The notes below the pieces were generated by a model, which did no database searches, had not been told where the DNA came from, and saw nothing but the letters and a program-made list of their open reading frames with translations. This document shows positions 20,204 to 29,238 of a DNA stretch of 64,000 nt, one piece after another (within the stretch, counting starts at the first letter, position 1; every line of letters starts with the position of its first letter). The stretch is from Akkermansia muciniphila (GTDB lineage: Bacteria > Verrucomicrobiota > Verrucomicrobiia > Limisphaerales > BJHT01). Position numbers and translations under genes: made by a program. Location: assembly GCA_945861535.1 (NCBI GenBank), contig CAMAUZ010000031.1, forward strand, positions 9,761-73,760, written 5' to 3'.

Positions 20204-23200
20204 CTATTTGCCGAAGGCCGGGTGGTTCTTGCGGCCGGCGGATTCGAGGAAGGCGAGGAGGTCGAGGAGGTCTTCCTGCGTGAGCGTGTTGATGAGGCCC
20301 TCGGGCATCGGCGAAATCTTCGAGAAGCCGCGGGATTTGATGTCCGCTTTTTTCACGGTGACGCGGTTGTTGGGTTCGAGCGGGTTGGGGACGAGGACCA
20401 GCTTGTCCTTTTGTTCGTCCACCATCCGGCCGGTGACGTCGTCGCCGTTTTTCAGGACGACGGTGGTGTTCTGGAATTGCTCGGAGACGACCTTCGAGGG
20501 TTCGGTGATGGATTCGAGGATGTCGCGGCGGCTGAAGCGCGAGGCGACCGCGGTGAGGTCGGGGCCGCTGCCGCCGCCTTCATTGCCGAAGCGATGACAG
20601 GCGAGACATTGCGCATCGGCGAAGGCCTGGCGGCCTTTCTCGAAGCTGCGGCCCTTGCCGGCCTGGTCGAGCAGCGGCAGCAAATCGGCGGTCTTCCATT
20701 CCTTCAGGAACGGGCGCGCGCGGGGCTTCGGGAATTCGCTGACGGCGCGTTTCGGATTCGCGGGCGCCGCGGCGTTGGCGGCGAGGATGATGGGCGCGAG
20801 TTCGGCGCGCTCGGCGTCGGTCAGATTTTCCACGGCTTCCTTGCGGAAATTTTTGAGGAAGTTGTTGAAGCTTGAGCCGTCGCCGTAGGGCCGGCCGGCT
20901 TCCGCGAACCAGCGGGTGACGTAGTCGGGATGCGTGAGGCCGGAGCGGTCCATCGTGAAGGAGGCGAAGTAGGTCTTGCGCTGCTCGATGCTCCAGCCCT
21001 TGGCCGTGCGAAGATGGAAGACGTAGTGAAACAAGTCTTCCTGGGTTTTCAGCGTGCCCATGTGGGCGAGGGTTTTGGCGACGATGTCGGGCGCGCCGAG
21101 GGCGATGAGGATTTGCACGAGCTCGCGGTTCATCGCCTCGCTCTTGCCGGGGAATTGCGGGCTGAGTTTCGCAATGCCCATCTGCGCCAGCTCGGTCGCG
21201 GGTTTGCCCTGGCGGATGATGCTGAGCTGGATGACGCGCAGTTTGGTGAGCGCCTCCTCCTCGGTGAGCGCGGCAAGCGGGAAGTTCGCGAGCGTTTTGA
21301 AAATGTCCGCCTGGGTTTCAGGTCCGCCGGTGCGGGCGAGGGCGAGGAGCGCGGTGAGCGCGGCCTTCGGGCGTTTCTCGGCGAGCGCGCGGTCTTTCCA
21401 CGAGGCGACGGGCTGCCATTCGAGGGCAATGCGCGCGGCGTAGCGCAGATAGCGGTCGGGGCTGTCGAGGTGCGCCCACGCGGCCTCGACGGCCTTGGCG
21501 TCTTCGCGGCCGTGGAAGGCTTCGAGTTCGTGGCGGGTCTGGCGCGCTGCGGCACCGGCGGTTTCTGCGGGCGCCGGCGCGGTGCTTTCCGATCCGGTGT
21601 AGGTGACGCGATAGAGACCGGACTGCACGCCGCGGCCGCCGATGGTGAAATACATCGCGCCATCATTGCCGATGACGAGGTCGGTGACATTCAGCGGGCG
21701 TTTGGATTCGCCGGGTTTGGCGAGGCCGAGCGGGCAGACGAAGTTTTCGTATTTGCCGGTGTAGCTCGAGCCATCGGCGGTCAGGTGGACGGCCATGATG
21801 CGGCCGTAGGTCCAGTCGAGGATGTAGAGGGCGCGCTGGTATTTGGCGGGAAATTTCGCGCCGGTGCCGAACTCGATGCCGGTCGGGCAGCCGAGGCCAA
21901 TCTCAGTCGAGGGCAGGCTGTCCGCGTAGTACATCGGCCATTTGCCGGTGCCGGAGCGCCAGCCGGATTCGCCGCCGCTGACGCAGTGGTCCACGCGCGT
22001 CGGGCGATACCACGGCATGCCCCAGTCCCATTCCATGTCGGCGTCGTAGGTGAAGAGTTCGCCCTCGGGATTGAACGCGATGTCGTAGGGATTGCGGAAA
22101 CCGGCGCAGAAGGTCTCCCATTTCTGGCCGTCCAGATCGGTGCGCGCGACATAGCCGCCGGGCGCGAGGATGCCGGTGGCGTGGCCGTTGCCATCCCACT
22201 GGCGCGGGAGCACGTGGTCTTCGCGGAAGTTCTTGTGGGGCGAGAGCAGGGCGCCCTCGGGCAGCTTGGTGTGGTTGCCGCAGAGCACGTAAAGGCTCTT
22301 TTTATCAGGGCCGAGAATGACGGCGTGCGGACCGTGCTCGCCGCCGCCGGGGATTTTCTTCAGCAACTCCGGCGCGCCGAACGAGCCGTCGGTCTGCTCC
22401 TTCAGGCGGTAGAGGCCGCTGTCCCATTTGGTGCTGTATTTGTTCACCACGGCGTAGAGCGCGCCGTTGATGTAGAGGAGGCCCTGGCAGTCGTAGAAGG
22501 TTTTCGCGAGCACTTCGCGCTTCGCCACCTTGCCGTCCGCGCCGAGCGTCACGCGCAGGAGACCACCCTCCGCACCGCGCCCGAACTGCGGGCTGACGAT
22601 GAGCCGGCCCTGCGAATCTTTGCACATCGCGACCCAGGTGCCTTCTTCGGCGGTCTCGGAGGAATGGATCAATTCGACTTTGAAATCGGGCAGCGTGTAG
22701 ATCGCCTCGGCGGGCGTGGCCTCGCGTTTGGCGGTCGCACCGGGCTTGGTCGGCGCGCCGGCCTTGCCGATCTTCGCGCCGCCCCCGCTGAGAACATCAC
22801 CCCACGGAGCCGCGCCGAGGCGGGCGACGGAGGCGGGCTTGGTCCAGCCCTCGGTTTTGAAGGCGAGCTGCTGCCAGCCGACGACGTCCTCATTGTGCGC
22901 GAGCCACGACGTGTCGGTGCCGACCGAGGCCTTCTTGCCATCGGCATAGGTGATGTCGAGCCGCGCCACGGCCCCGGCAGCGGAGCCGTGATTAAGGCCG
23001 CGGATGCCGAGGACGTTGTCGCCGGCGACGAGTTCCGCAGTGACATCAATGCTCACCGGCTGATCCCACGAGACGATGGTGCCGACGGACTTGGCGTTGA
23101 CGAAGACCGTGCCCTCGTCGTCCACGGACGCGCCGAGCGTGGCCTTCTGGACCTTGCCATCCACCTTGAAAACTTTGCGGAAAAAGCGGCGTTCGTTGGT

Positions 23201-23311
23201 GCCGGGGGCTTTGCCGTTGTTCTGATGCCAGATCCATTCCGGAGTCTGGGCGAGGGCTTGTGTGGCCAGCGTGGCGAACGCGAGGAAGCCGAGGAGGAGG
23301 TTTCGTTTCAT
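20204..23311 (-). CDS. PVC-type heme-binding (CxxCH) protein with membrane-bound-dehydrogenase-like beta-propeller and HEAT-like repeats
   Basis: Track ORF 20204..23434. I chose Met42 (nt 23311), which gives a signal peptide (MKRNLLLGFLAFATLATQALA). The C-terminal sequence FADAQCLACHRFGNEGGGSGPDLT matches the Pirellula/Verrucomicrobium-type heme-binding domain as I recall it. The middle region is propeller-like and precedes an Ala/Leu-rich helical repeat region. Confidence 0.88.
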   Translation of the reverse strand: MKRNLLLGFLAFATLATQALAQTPEWIWHQNNGKAPGTNERRFFRKVFKVDGKVQKATLGASVDDEGTVFVNAKSVGTIVSWDQPVSIDVTAELVAGDNVLGIRGLNHGSAAGAVARLDITYADGKKASVGTDTSWLAHNEDVVGWQQLAFKTEGWTKPASVARLGAAPWGDVLSGGGAKIGKAGAPTKPGATAKREATPAEAIYTLPDFKVELIHSSETAEEGTWVAMCKDSQGRLIVSPQFGRGAEGGLLRVTLGADGKVAKREVLAKTFYDCQGLLYINGALYAVVNKYSTKWDSGLYRLKEQTDGSFGAPELLKKIPGGGEHGPHAVILGPDKKSLYVLCGNHTKLPEGALLSPHKNFREDHVLPRQWDGNGHATGILAPGGYVARTDLDGQKWETFCAGFRNPYDIAFNPEGELFTYDADMEWDWGMPWYRPTRVDHCVSGGESGWRSGTGKWPMYYADSLPSTEIGLGCPTGIEFGTGAKFPAKYQRALYILDWTYGRIMAVHLTADGSSYTGKYENFVCPLGLAKPGESKRPLNVTDLVIGNDGAMYFTIGGRGVQSGLYRVTYTGSESTAPAPAETAGAAARQTRHELEAFHGREDAKAVEAAWAHLDSPDRYLRYAARIALEWQPVASWKDRALAEKRPKAALTALLALARTGGPETQADIFKTLANFPLAALTEEEALTKLRVIQLSIIRQGKPATELAQMGIAKLSPQFPGKSEAMNRELVQILIALGAPDIVAKTLAHMGTLKTQEDLFHYVFHLRTAKGWSIEQRKTYFASFTMDRSGLTHPDYVTRWFAEAGRPYGDGSSFNNFLKNFRKEAVENLTDAERAELAPIILAANAAAPANPKRAVSEFPKPRARPFLKEWKTADLLPLLDQAGKGRSFEKGRQAFADAQCLACHRFGNEGGGSGPDLTAVASRFSRRDILESITEPSKVVSEQFQNTTVVLKNGDDVTGRMVDEQKDKLVLVPNPLEPNNRVTVKKADIKSRGFSKISPMPEGLINTLTQEDLLDLLAFLESAGRKNHPAFGK

Positions 23312-23476
23312 AAAGTGTGTTGGCGTGGTGACGCCCGATGGTTGAACAGGTTTGAACAAGGCGCGGAAGCTAGTTTTTTCGCGGCGGAGGCGGCAAGCGG
23401 AAAGCTGGGCGGCGAAGAGAAAACGGAAGCTCAAAACTCAAAGCTCAAAGCGCAAGGGAAGACCCCAGCCCCGAAA

Positions 23477-23523
23477 CCCCAGACCCCAGACCCCAGACCC
23501 AAGACCCAAGACCCAAGACCCCA
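23477..23523. repeat. Heptanucleotide microsatellite (ccccaga x3 then cccaaga x3)
   Basis: Read directly. It starts 13 nt downstream of the esterase stop and is preceded by a family I unit at 23425-23460. Confidence 0.9.
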
Positions 23524-23535
23524 CCGTCCGCCCCC

Positions 23536-24756
23536 TCATTTCGCCGCGCCCTCGCCCAGCACCGCGTGCGGCGTGCTCACGGTCGCGCCGCGCTTGTCGG
23601 TGACGGTGAGGAAGTACACCAATGGTCGTGGGGCGGCGGGAAGGTGGGCCGAGATTTCCGCACCCTTGATCATCGCGTCCACGCTGGTCCACAAACGCTT
23701 CTGCCATGCGCCTTCCGCTTTTGCGAAATGAAGCTGGGCCTTCGTGACCGGCAACTTCGACTCGAAGCTCGCGCTCGCGGTGTCAGCCGTCGTCTGCATC
23801 GCGCCGAGGCGGGGCAGGGGAGCGCCGTCGCGCAGGACGCTGTCGGCGAACAACCCGATCTCGACCGGCGCCCAGCCCGCGGGATGCGAATGACGCAGCG
23901 TCGGCGTGATGCCAAGCGTCACCGGCGCGGTCACGAGCCGGTAGCATTTCTGATAGCTGTCGAGCGGATAGGCGAAGTCCGTCGTGCCGTTGAGAAACAG
24001 GATCGGGCAGCTCACGCCAGGCAGATAAACCGAGGGATCGAAAAACTTCACCCACCGCGCCGACGGCTCGGGGCCGAGCTTCGCGAACTGCCCGAGCCAC
24101 GCGCTGTTCTCGCTTAGAAAACCGCAGCCGTAAACCGGCACCGACACCTTCAAGCGATCATCCAGTCCGCTCACGATGCAGGTGAGATAGCCGCCCCAAC
24201 TGATGCCCGTGATGCCGACGCGCCCCGCGTCCACCTCGGGCCGGCTCGCCAGCAGCGAGTGCCCGCGAATCACCGCTGCCACCGCGTGATAGGTCCACAT
24301 CTCCTTCGCCCCGGCGTCCGTGAACACGCGGAATTTCTCCGTGTCGCCCTGGCCCGGCCCGCCGTCCGCCAGGCGCTTGCCATCGGGGCCGACGCCCGCG
24401 AGATCCATCGCGATGGCCGCGTAGCCGCGCTTCGCCCAGAGCGTCGCCCATTCCGCGAACGCCTTCCCGCCGCCGCCGTGAACGCAGACCATCGCGGGCA
24501 GTTTGCCGTCGATTTTCTCCGGCCGGGCGTAGTAGGCGAAAACGCGCGTCGGTTTGCCGCCGAATGGCTCGCCTTCGTAAAACACCTCCTGCACCAAGCT
24601 CTTGCGATCGCCCCACGTCGCCGTGGGCGTCTGCTTGAGTTTCGCCAAATCCCACGGCCCGGTGACGCGCTCGGCGGCGCGGAGGGACAATGGAGACACG
24701 AGCGAAACCGCCAACGCAGCGAGCGAGAGAACGATGGATTTTTTTAGCATCGGCAT
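23536..24756 (-). CDS. Secreted alpha/beta hydrolase (acetyl-xylan-esterase / dienelactone-hydrolase-like)
   Basis: 406 aa with a signal peptide (MPMLKKSIVLSLAALAVSLVSPLSLRA). It has the nucleophile elbow GISWGG, and the block VCVHGGGGKAFAEW is typical of this fold. Confidence 0.8.
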   Translation of the reverse strand: MPMLKKSIVLSLAALAVSLVSPLSLRAAERVTGPWDLAKLKQTPTATWGDRKSLVQEVFYEGEPFGGKPTRVFAYYARPEKIDGKLPAMVCVHGGGGKAFAEWATLWAKRGYAAIAMDLAGVGPDGKRLADGGPGQGDTEKFRVFTDAGAKEMWTYHAVAAVIRGHSLLASRPEVDAGRVGITGISWGGYLTCIVSGLDDRLKVSVPVYGCGFLSENSAWLGQFAKLGPEPSARWVKFFDPSVYLPGVSCPILFLNGTTDFAYPLDSYQKCYRLVTAPVTLGITPTLRHSHPAGWAPVEIGLFADSVLRDGAPLPRLGAMQTTADTASASFESKLPVTKAQLHFAKAEGAWQKRLWTSVDAMIKGAEISAHLPAAPRPLVYFLTVTDKRGATVSTPHAVLGEGAAK

Positions 24757-24803
24757 CGGACCCCGTGGACGCGGATGCGATTCAGGCGGAACGCAGCGCT
24801 TGT

Positions 24804-24988
24804 GGAGTCCGGGGACTTGTCACCGCTTTTGCGCAGGCGACTTGTCGCCGTCGAACTTCGGAGCGGTTCCGGTCACGCGGGCGCGCTGGCGCTGGCGCGA
24901 GCCGTGAATCCCCCTCTCATCTTCACGCCTCGTGCAGTTCGACGGCGACAAGTCGGCTTAAGAAAGCGGTGCCCAGTCACCGCACTCC
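24804..24988. repeat. Family H palindromic element (ggagtSCgg...ccaccgcactcc type), arms of about 55 nt
   Basis: The left arm (ggagtccggggacttgtcaccgcttttgcgcaggcgacttgtcgccgtcgaac) matches the reverse complement of the right arm (gttcgacggcgacaagtcggcttaagaaagcggtgcccagtcaccgcactcc). A solitary half-element lies at 55977-56032. Confidence 0.8.
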
Positions 24989-25059
24989 AAATCGGCCCGC
25001 CATCGGCTCCGGCTGCCACCACGCCGGGTTCAGCCTTGGTCCAGTTCCGCAGTTCAAGT

Positions 25060-25722
25060 TCACCCACCGCACAGCGCCGCGAGCGTCACGTCGCGAAGAC
25101 ACGGCCGCACCAAGTCGGCCTGCCGCAACTTCTCCGCCGGAAACGTCTGCGCCACCGCCACGCACCGCATCCCCGCCGCCTTGGCCGCCTGCACGCCATT
25201 GACGGCATCCTCGATCACCACGCACGCCGCGGGCGGCACGCCGAGCTTGGCCGCGGCCGCGAGGAAAATGTCCGGCGCCGGCTTTTTGTTCACCACGTCC
25301 TCGCCGGTCACGATGGCGTCCCACGAGGCGGGATCGAGTTCGATCTGCCGCAGGTTGGCCTCGATCTTCACGAGGTCCGCGCTCGAAGCGACCGCGACCT
25401 TGAGGTCGGCCAGGCGGCAGTTTTTCACCAGCACATGCGCGCCCGGAAACCCCTTCAGCTCCCGCGGCACGAGGTCGAGATAGATCTCATACGTGCGCTT
25501 CTTTGCCGCCGGACCGTCGAGCGCGAACCCGTATTTCTCCGCCACACCGCCGATGTACCGATCCTCGCCGGTGCCGACGAACGGCAGAAAATCCTCCGGC
25601 TGCACCGGCAACCCCAGCTCGCGAAACATCGCCACCGCCGCCTGGTTGATCAGCGGCTCCGAGTCCGTGAGCACCCCGTCCATGTCAAAAATCACCGCGC
25701 GAATCGGCAGCATCGAATTCAT
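25060..25722 (-). CDS. HAD family hydrolase (beta-phosphoglucomutase-like phosphatase)
   Basis: 220 aa. Motif I is AVIFDMDGVLTDSEP. It also carries the later HAD motifs (ASSA..., IEDAVNGVQAAKAAGM). Confidence 0.9.
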   Translation of the reverse strand: MNSMLPIRAVIFDMDGVLTDSEPLINQAAVAMFRELGLPVQPEDFLPFVGTGEDRYIGGVAEKYGFALDGPAAKKRTYEIYLDLVPRELKGFPGAHVLVKNCRLADLKVAVASSADLVKIEANLRQIELDPASWDAIVTGEDVVNKKPAPDIFLAAAAKLGVPPAACVVIEDAVNGVQAAKAAGMRCVAVAQTFPAEKLRQADLVRPCLRDVTLAALCGG

Positions 25723-25891
25723 GCGCGCAGTATTTCAACCGACCGGCGTGAGTTCAATGCCGGAGCGCCCGAGCGCGGACATCCCCGCCGCAGCGACGTC
25801 CGTCCGCGGGCGGCGAGCGGCCCCATCTCCGCCGGCTCCTCCACTTGCTCGCGCTGGCGCAGGCCGGATTGGCGGTAGAGAACAGGTTTAC

Positions 25892-26164
25892 CCCCCTGTA
25901 AATGTCATGCGTGCCGACATCCACCGTCCAGACCGTGTCTCCATCAACGAAGAAGACCACGCGTAAGTCCGCCTCCACCACGATCGCGTAGAGGGTCCGC
26001 CGCTAGAGCGCCGTCAGCTTGTGGCTTTTGTGCGTCCGCAGGCGTGGGTCGAACGGGTTGGCCTTGAAGATTTGCCACGCCGCACGAACGGACTCCTTTT
26101 GCGATGGGGACAGGGCGTAGAAGTTTTTCCAAAAGTCCTCGGTGGCCCGGAAGCGGAGGCTCAT
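25892..26164 (-). pseudogene. RelE/ParE-superfamily toxin, disrupted by an in-frame TAG
   Basis: My translation from the ATG at 26164 gives MSLRFRATEDFWKNFYALSPSQKESVRAAWQIFKANPFDPRLRTHKSHKLTAL, then a stop (TAG at 26003-26005). In the same frame it continues RRTLYAIVVEADLRVVFFVDGDTVWTVDVGTHDIYRG. The ATG overlaps the antitoxin stop (ATGA). A C6 run at 25891-25896 removes what would otherwise be a TAA directly after YRG. Confidence 0.75.
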
Positions 26165-26355
26165 GGGCGCGAGGGCGGAACGTCATTCAATGCCGTTTCC
26201 ATGTCCACGCCACGGCCCGCCAGCGCGTCGGCCATGCCACGGCGGAAAGACTCCGGCACCTCCGCCAGCATCTCGCGGTGGAGATGTTCCCAAACCCGCT
26301 CCTTCTCGGCCCTCGGCAACGTGTCGATCTCGGCGATGACTTCAATAGCACTCAT
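26161..26355 (-). CDS. Putative antitoxin (small acidic addiction-module component)
   Basis: Track ORF 26161..26448. I chose Met32 (nt 26355): MSAIEVIAEIDTLPRAEKERVWEHLHREMLAEVPESFRRGMADALAGRGVDMETALNDVPPSRP. It is 64 aa and overlaps the toxin start by 4 nt. Confidence 0.65.
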   Translation of the reverse strand: MSAIEVIAEIDTLPRAEKERVWEHLHREMLAEVPESFRRGMADALAGRGVDMETALNDVPPSRP

Positions 26356-26922
26356 GGCGGCAACGTAGGGAGTCCGGTGGTTTGCGGCAAGCGCGGTGGG
26401 TTGCCGCCGCACCGCATCGGTACATTCCGAAGTTGTGGTGAAGGGCAAGGCCGGGCCGGGGGGGCAGCGGCACGCAAGGAGCGCGGCATTTATGCCGCTT
26501 CAGCGTGCGGCGCGCCGGGCGGGGCCGAACGCGCGGCGACGTTCGGACGGTGAAGCGGCCTGAACAGGCTGTGTGAAAACCCCCGCGCGCAAGCTCGCCG
26601 CCGAGGGGCGGAAAATCCTGGCTCCGCAACAGCGCACCGTGAGGCCGAAGTGCCGGAAAGCGGCGGCGGGGGCGGGCGCTGATTGCCTCCAACGTGATCT
26701 TTTCAGCGGACCTCTCTGCGCTCTTCCCATCTCTGCGGTGTTCTGTTTTCGCGCCGTTCACCACACGCGTCCCCCCGGTCAACCACCCGCGCCCGGCAGG
26801 CGCAGCGCGAGCACCGAACACCGCAGAGATGGGAAGAGCGCAGAGACGGAACAAAAAGGCCCAGCCGCGCCCAACGCGGCCTGACTCGCCTGAAACTGCA
26901 CCCCGATCGTCGGACCGGATTT

Positions 26923-26997
26923 GGCAAAGGAATGGAGGCAAAGGAATGAAGACAAAAAAATTCCCCGTCTCCATTCCTTTGCCTCCATTCCTTTGCC
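26923..26997. repeat. Perfect 26-bp inverted repeat (ggcaaaggaatggaggcaaaggaatg) with a 23-nt loop
   Basis: Read directly. It is nested inside the larger palindromes spanning 26551-27062. Confidence 0.9.
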
Positions 26998-27278
26998 CAA
27001 AACTCCCCTGTCCCACGCCCGTGCGCGCTGCGGGAGTTTTCACACAGTCTGTGAAGGCCGCGCTCCGCCTGCATCGCTACGGCTGATTGCGGTTTGCTTG
27101 AAACTCGGCGGTGCCACGCGCCACCCCCCCCCGGACGCACCAAGGAATGTCCCGCATTGGGCAAGTTTTGGTTGGTACCGATTCGCCGGGGAGTTCAGTT
27201 TCACTACGTGGACGCGGGGCGCGGCAGCGCACGCCACGCTTCCAAATTGCAACGCAACTCAGCCCATAGAAAAAGCCC

Positions 27279-27587
27279 ATGAGCAAAAAATCCTCCCCGC
27301 CCAAGCCCGCCCCGCGCGCCCGCACCACCGCCGTCGTGCGGGTCGGGTTTCAGCACCCGACTGCCCGCGAGGTCTGCCTCGCCGCCAACTTCAACGACTG
27401 GCATCCCACCGCGTCGCCGATGGTGGCGAAGCCCGACGGACGCTGGCTCAAGGAATTGGCCCTGCCGCCGGGTAGGTATGAATACCGCTTCGTCGTGGAC
27501 GGCGTCTGGACGGACGATCCCGCCGCCGCTGAACTGGTGGACAACGGTTTTGGCGGACGCAACGCCATCTTGAATGTGACCCTTTAG
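27279..27587 (+). CDS. CBM48 / AMPK-beta glycogen-binding-domain protein (isoamylase N-terminal-like)
   Basis: 102 aa. The sequence VRVGFQHPTAREVCLAANFNDWHPTASPMVAKPDGRWLKELALPPGRYEYRFVVDGVWTDDP is a classic CBM48 pattern. Confidence 0.85.
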   Translation: MSKKSSPPKPAPRARTTAVVRVGFQHPTAREVCLAANFNDWHPTASPMVAKPDGRWLKELALPPGRYEYRFVVDGVWTDDPAAAELVDNGFGGRNAILNVTL

Positions 27588-27625
27588 CCGCCCCCCCTGG
27601 CTGCGGCCTCGGGAGTCTGTGATGC

Positions 27626-27800
27626 CATGAACCCGAACTCCGAAACTCGTCGGGGAGCGCACGCGGCCCGCGTGCCGGTTTGGGCGGCCCGCCCAAACCA
27701 TCGTTCCCCAGTCTGCCTTTCCTCCTGCGGGGAAAAGTTGGTGCGACGAGGTTTTCGGCGGGCCGCCGAAAACTGCACGCCAGCGGCGTGCGCTCCCCGG
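27626..27800 (+). repeat. Family F 175-bp structured repeat, copy 1 (upstream edge of the efflux operon)
   Basis: About 90% identical and co-oriented with 35533-35707. Internal palindromes include cggtttgggcggcccgcccaaaccg, ttttcggcgggccgccgaaaa, and ggggagcgcacgc paired with gcgtgcgctcccc. Confidence 0.9.
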
Positions 27801-29231
27801 AACGTCGGGCATCGCCCGAAATCGACCGCGGCCTTCGCACTGAAACCAACCTCCCAAACCCTACCTCGCTTAAAGTCCCTCGCAGCCGCGCTGGCATTGT
27901 GCGTGGCGACCGTCGGCTGCGTCGGCACGCGCACACCCGACGAGCAGGCCGCGCGGCGCGATGTCCAGCAGGTCGCCGCCGCGTATCGCCCGAACGACCA
28001 ACGCCCGACCCTCCCCACGCTCACGACCAATTCCCCGCTCGCCGACTTCCTCGCCTTCGCGATCCTCAATGATCCCAAGGTCGAGGCCGCCTATTACGAC
28101 TGGGTCGCCGCCGTCGAGCGCATCACGCCCGCGCGCAGCCTGCCCAATCCGCGCGTTACGTTTCAGATGGACATCATGAGCATCGTGACCTCGCTCATGC
28201 CCGGCTTGATGATGGACCTCCCCGGCCCCGGCAAACTCGGCGCGCGCGCGGCCGTGGCTTCCGCCGAGAGCACGGCCAAATATTTCGCGTTCGAGACCAG
28301 CGTCGTGCAGGCCGCGTTCAATCTGAAAAAGGCCTACTACCAGCTCTTTTTCCTCGCCGATAAAATCCGCGTCAGCCGCCAGATTCTGGAACTCCTCAGC
28401 GACCTCGAGCGCCTCGCCCACGCTCAGAACTCCGTGGGCAAAGTCACGCTCCAGGACGTCCTCCGCGCCCAGATCGAGCAGGACCGCCTGAACACCGAGA
28501 TCGCCGGCCTGACCGACTCGCGGCGGTTGCTGACCACCCAGTTCAAGGCGGCACTCGGACTCGGCCCCGACCGCCCCGAGCCGCCGCTGCCCGCGCGGTT
28601 TGAATCCACGCCCCTCAACCTCTCCGCCGATCAACTCTGGCAGACTGCGCTGGCACGCAATCCGCGCCTGCAAGGTATGGCCGCCGAGGTCGCGGGCGCC
28701 GAGGCCGCGATCCGTCTGGCGCGCCGCGAGCGCATCCCGGATTTCTCCGTGGGCCTCGAGGCCGACGTGAAAGCCGCGCCCACGATGTATCGCCCGCAAC
28801 TCGGCTTCACGCTGCCGATCTGGCGGGACAAGATCGCCGCCGAGATCGCCGCCGCCCAGGCCGGCAAACGCGCCGCCGAAGCACGCCTCAGCGCCGAGCA
28901 AATCACCCTCGCCGTCGAGCTTGCCGACAAGCTCTTCAACTACCGCGAAAGCTCCCGGAACCTCGCGTTGCTGGAAGACAAACTCCTCGCCAAAGGCCGC
29001 CAGTCCGTCGCCGTCGCGCAGTCGGGCTACCTCTCCGGCAAGATCGATTTCTTCAACCTGATCGACGCCCAACGCACGCTCCTCGGCTTCCTGCTTTCCG
29101 AGGTCGAAGCCCGCATCCAGCGCGAGCTGGCCCTCGCCGAGATTTCCCATCTGCTGCTCGGCACCGCGCCACCGAACGCCCCCGTCCTGTCCGAGCCGCC
29201 CGGCGCGTCGAAGTCGAGAACCCTCCGCTGA
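27627..29231 (+). CDS. TolC-family outer membrane efflux protein (CusC/CzcC-like); true start probably near 27870
   Basis: 534-aa ORF with two OEP-type repeats and the sequence SLPNPRVTFQMD... Repeat F1 encodes the first 80 aa or so. A lipoprotein-like signal (LKSLAAALALCVATVGC) begins at codon 82 (nt 27870), where I see no canonical ATG. Confidence 0.85.
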   Translation: MNPNSETRRGAHAARVPVWAARPNHRSPVCLSSCGEKLVRRGFRRAAENCTPAACAPRNVGHRPKSTAAFALKPTSQTLPRLKSLAAALALCVATVGCVGTRTPDEQAARRDVQQVAAAYRPNDQRPTLPTLTTNSPLADFLAFAILNDPKVEAAYYDWVAAVERITPARSLPNPRVTFQMDIMSIVTSLMPGLMMDLPGPGKLGARAAVASAESTAKYFAFETSVVQAAFNLKKAYYQLFFLADKIRVSRQILELLSDLERLAHAQNSVGKVTLQDVLRAQIEQDRLNTEIAGLTDSRRLLTTQFKAALGLGPDRPEPPLPARFESTPLNLSADQLWQTALARNPRLQGMAAEVAGAEAAIRLARRERIPDFSVGLEADVKAAPTMYRPQLGFTLPIWRDKIAAEIAAAQAGKRAAEARLSAEQITLAVELADKLFNYRESSRNLALLEDKLLAKGRQSVAVAQSGYLSGKIDFFNLIDAQRTLLGFLLSEVEARIQRELALAEISHLLLGTAPPNAPVLSEPPGASKSRTLR

Positions 29232-29238
29232 AACTCCC

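Noticed and set aside
27627-27869. First 81 codons of the TolC-like ORF as genuine coding sequence.
   Set aside because: This stretch is encoded by the family F repeat, and the same sequence recurs non-coding at 35533-35707. A lipoprotein-type signal only begins at codon 82. The real start is unresolved, possibly non-canonical.
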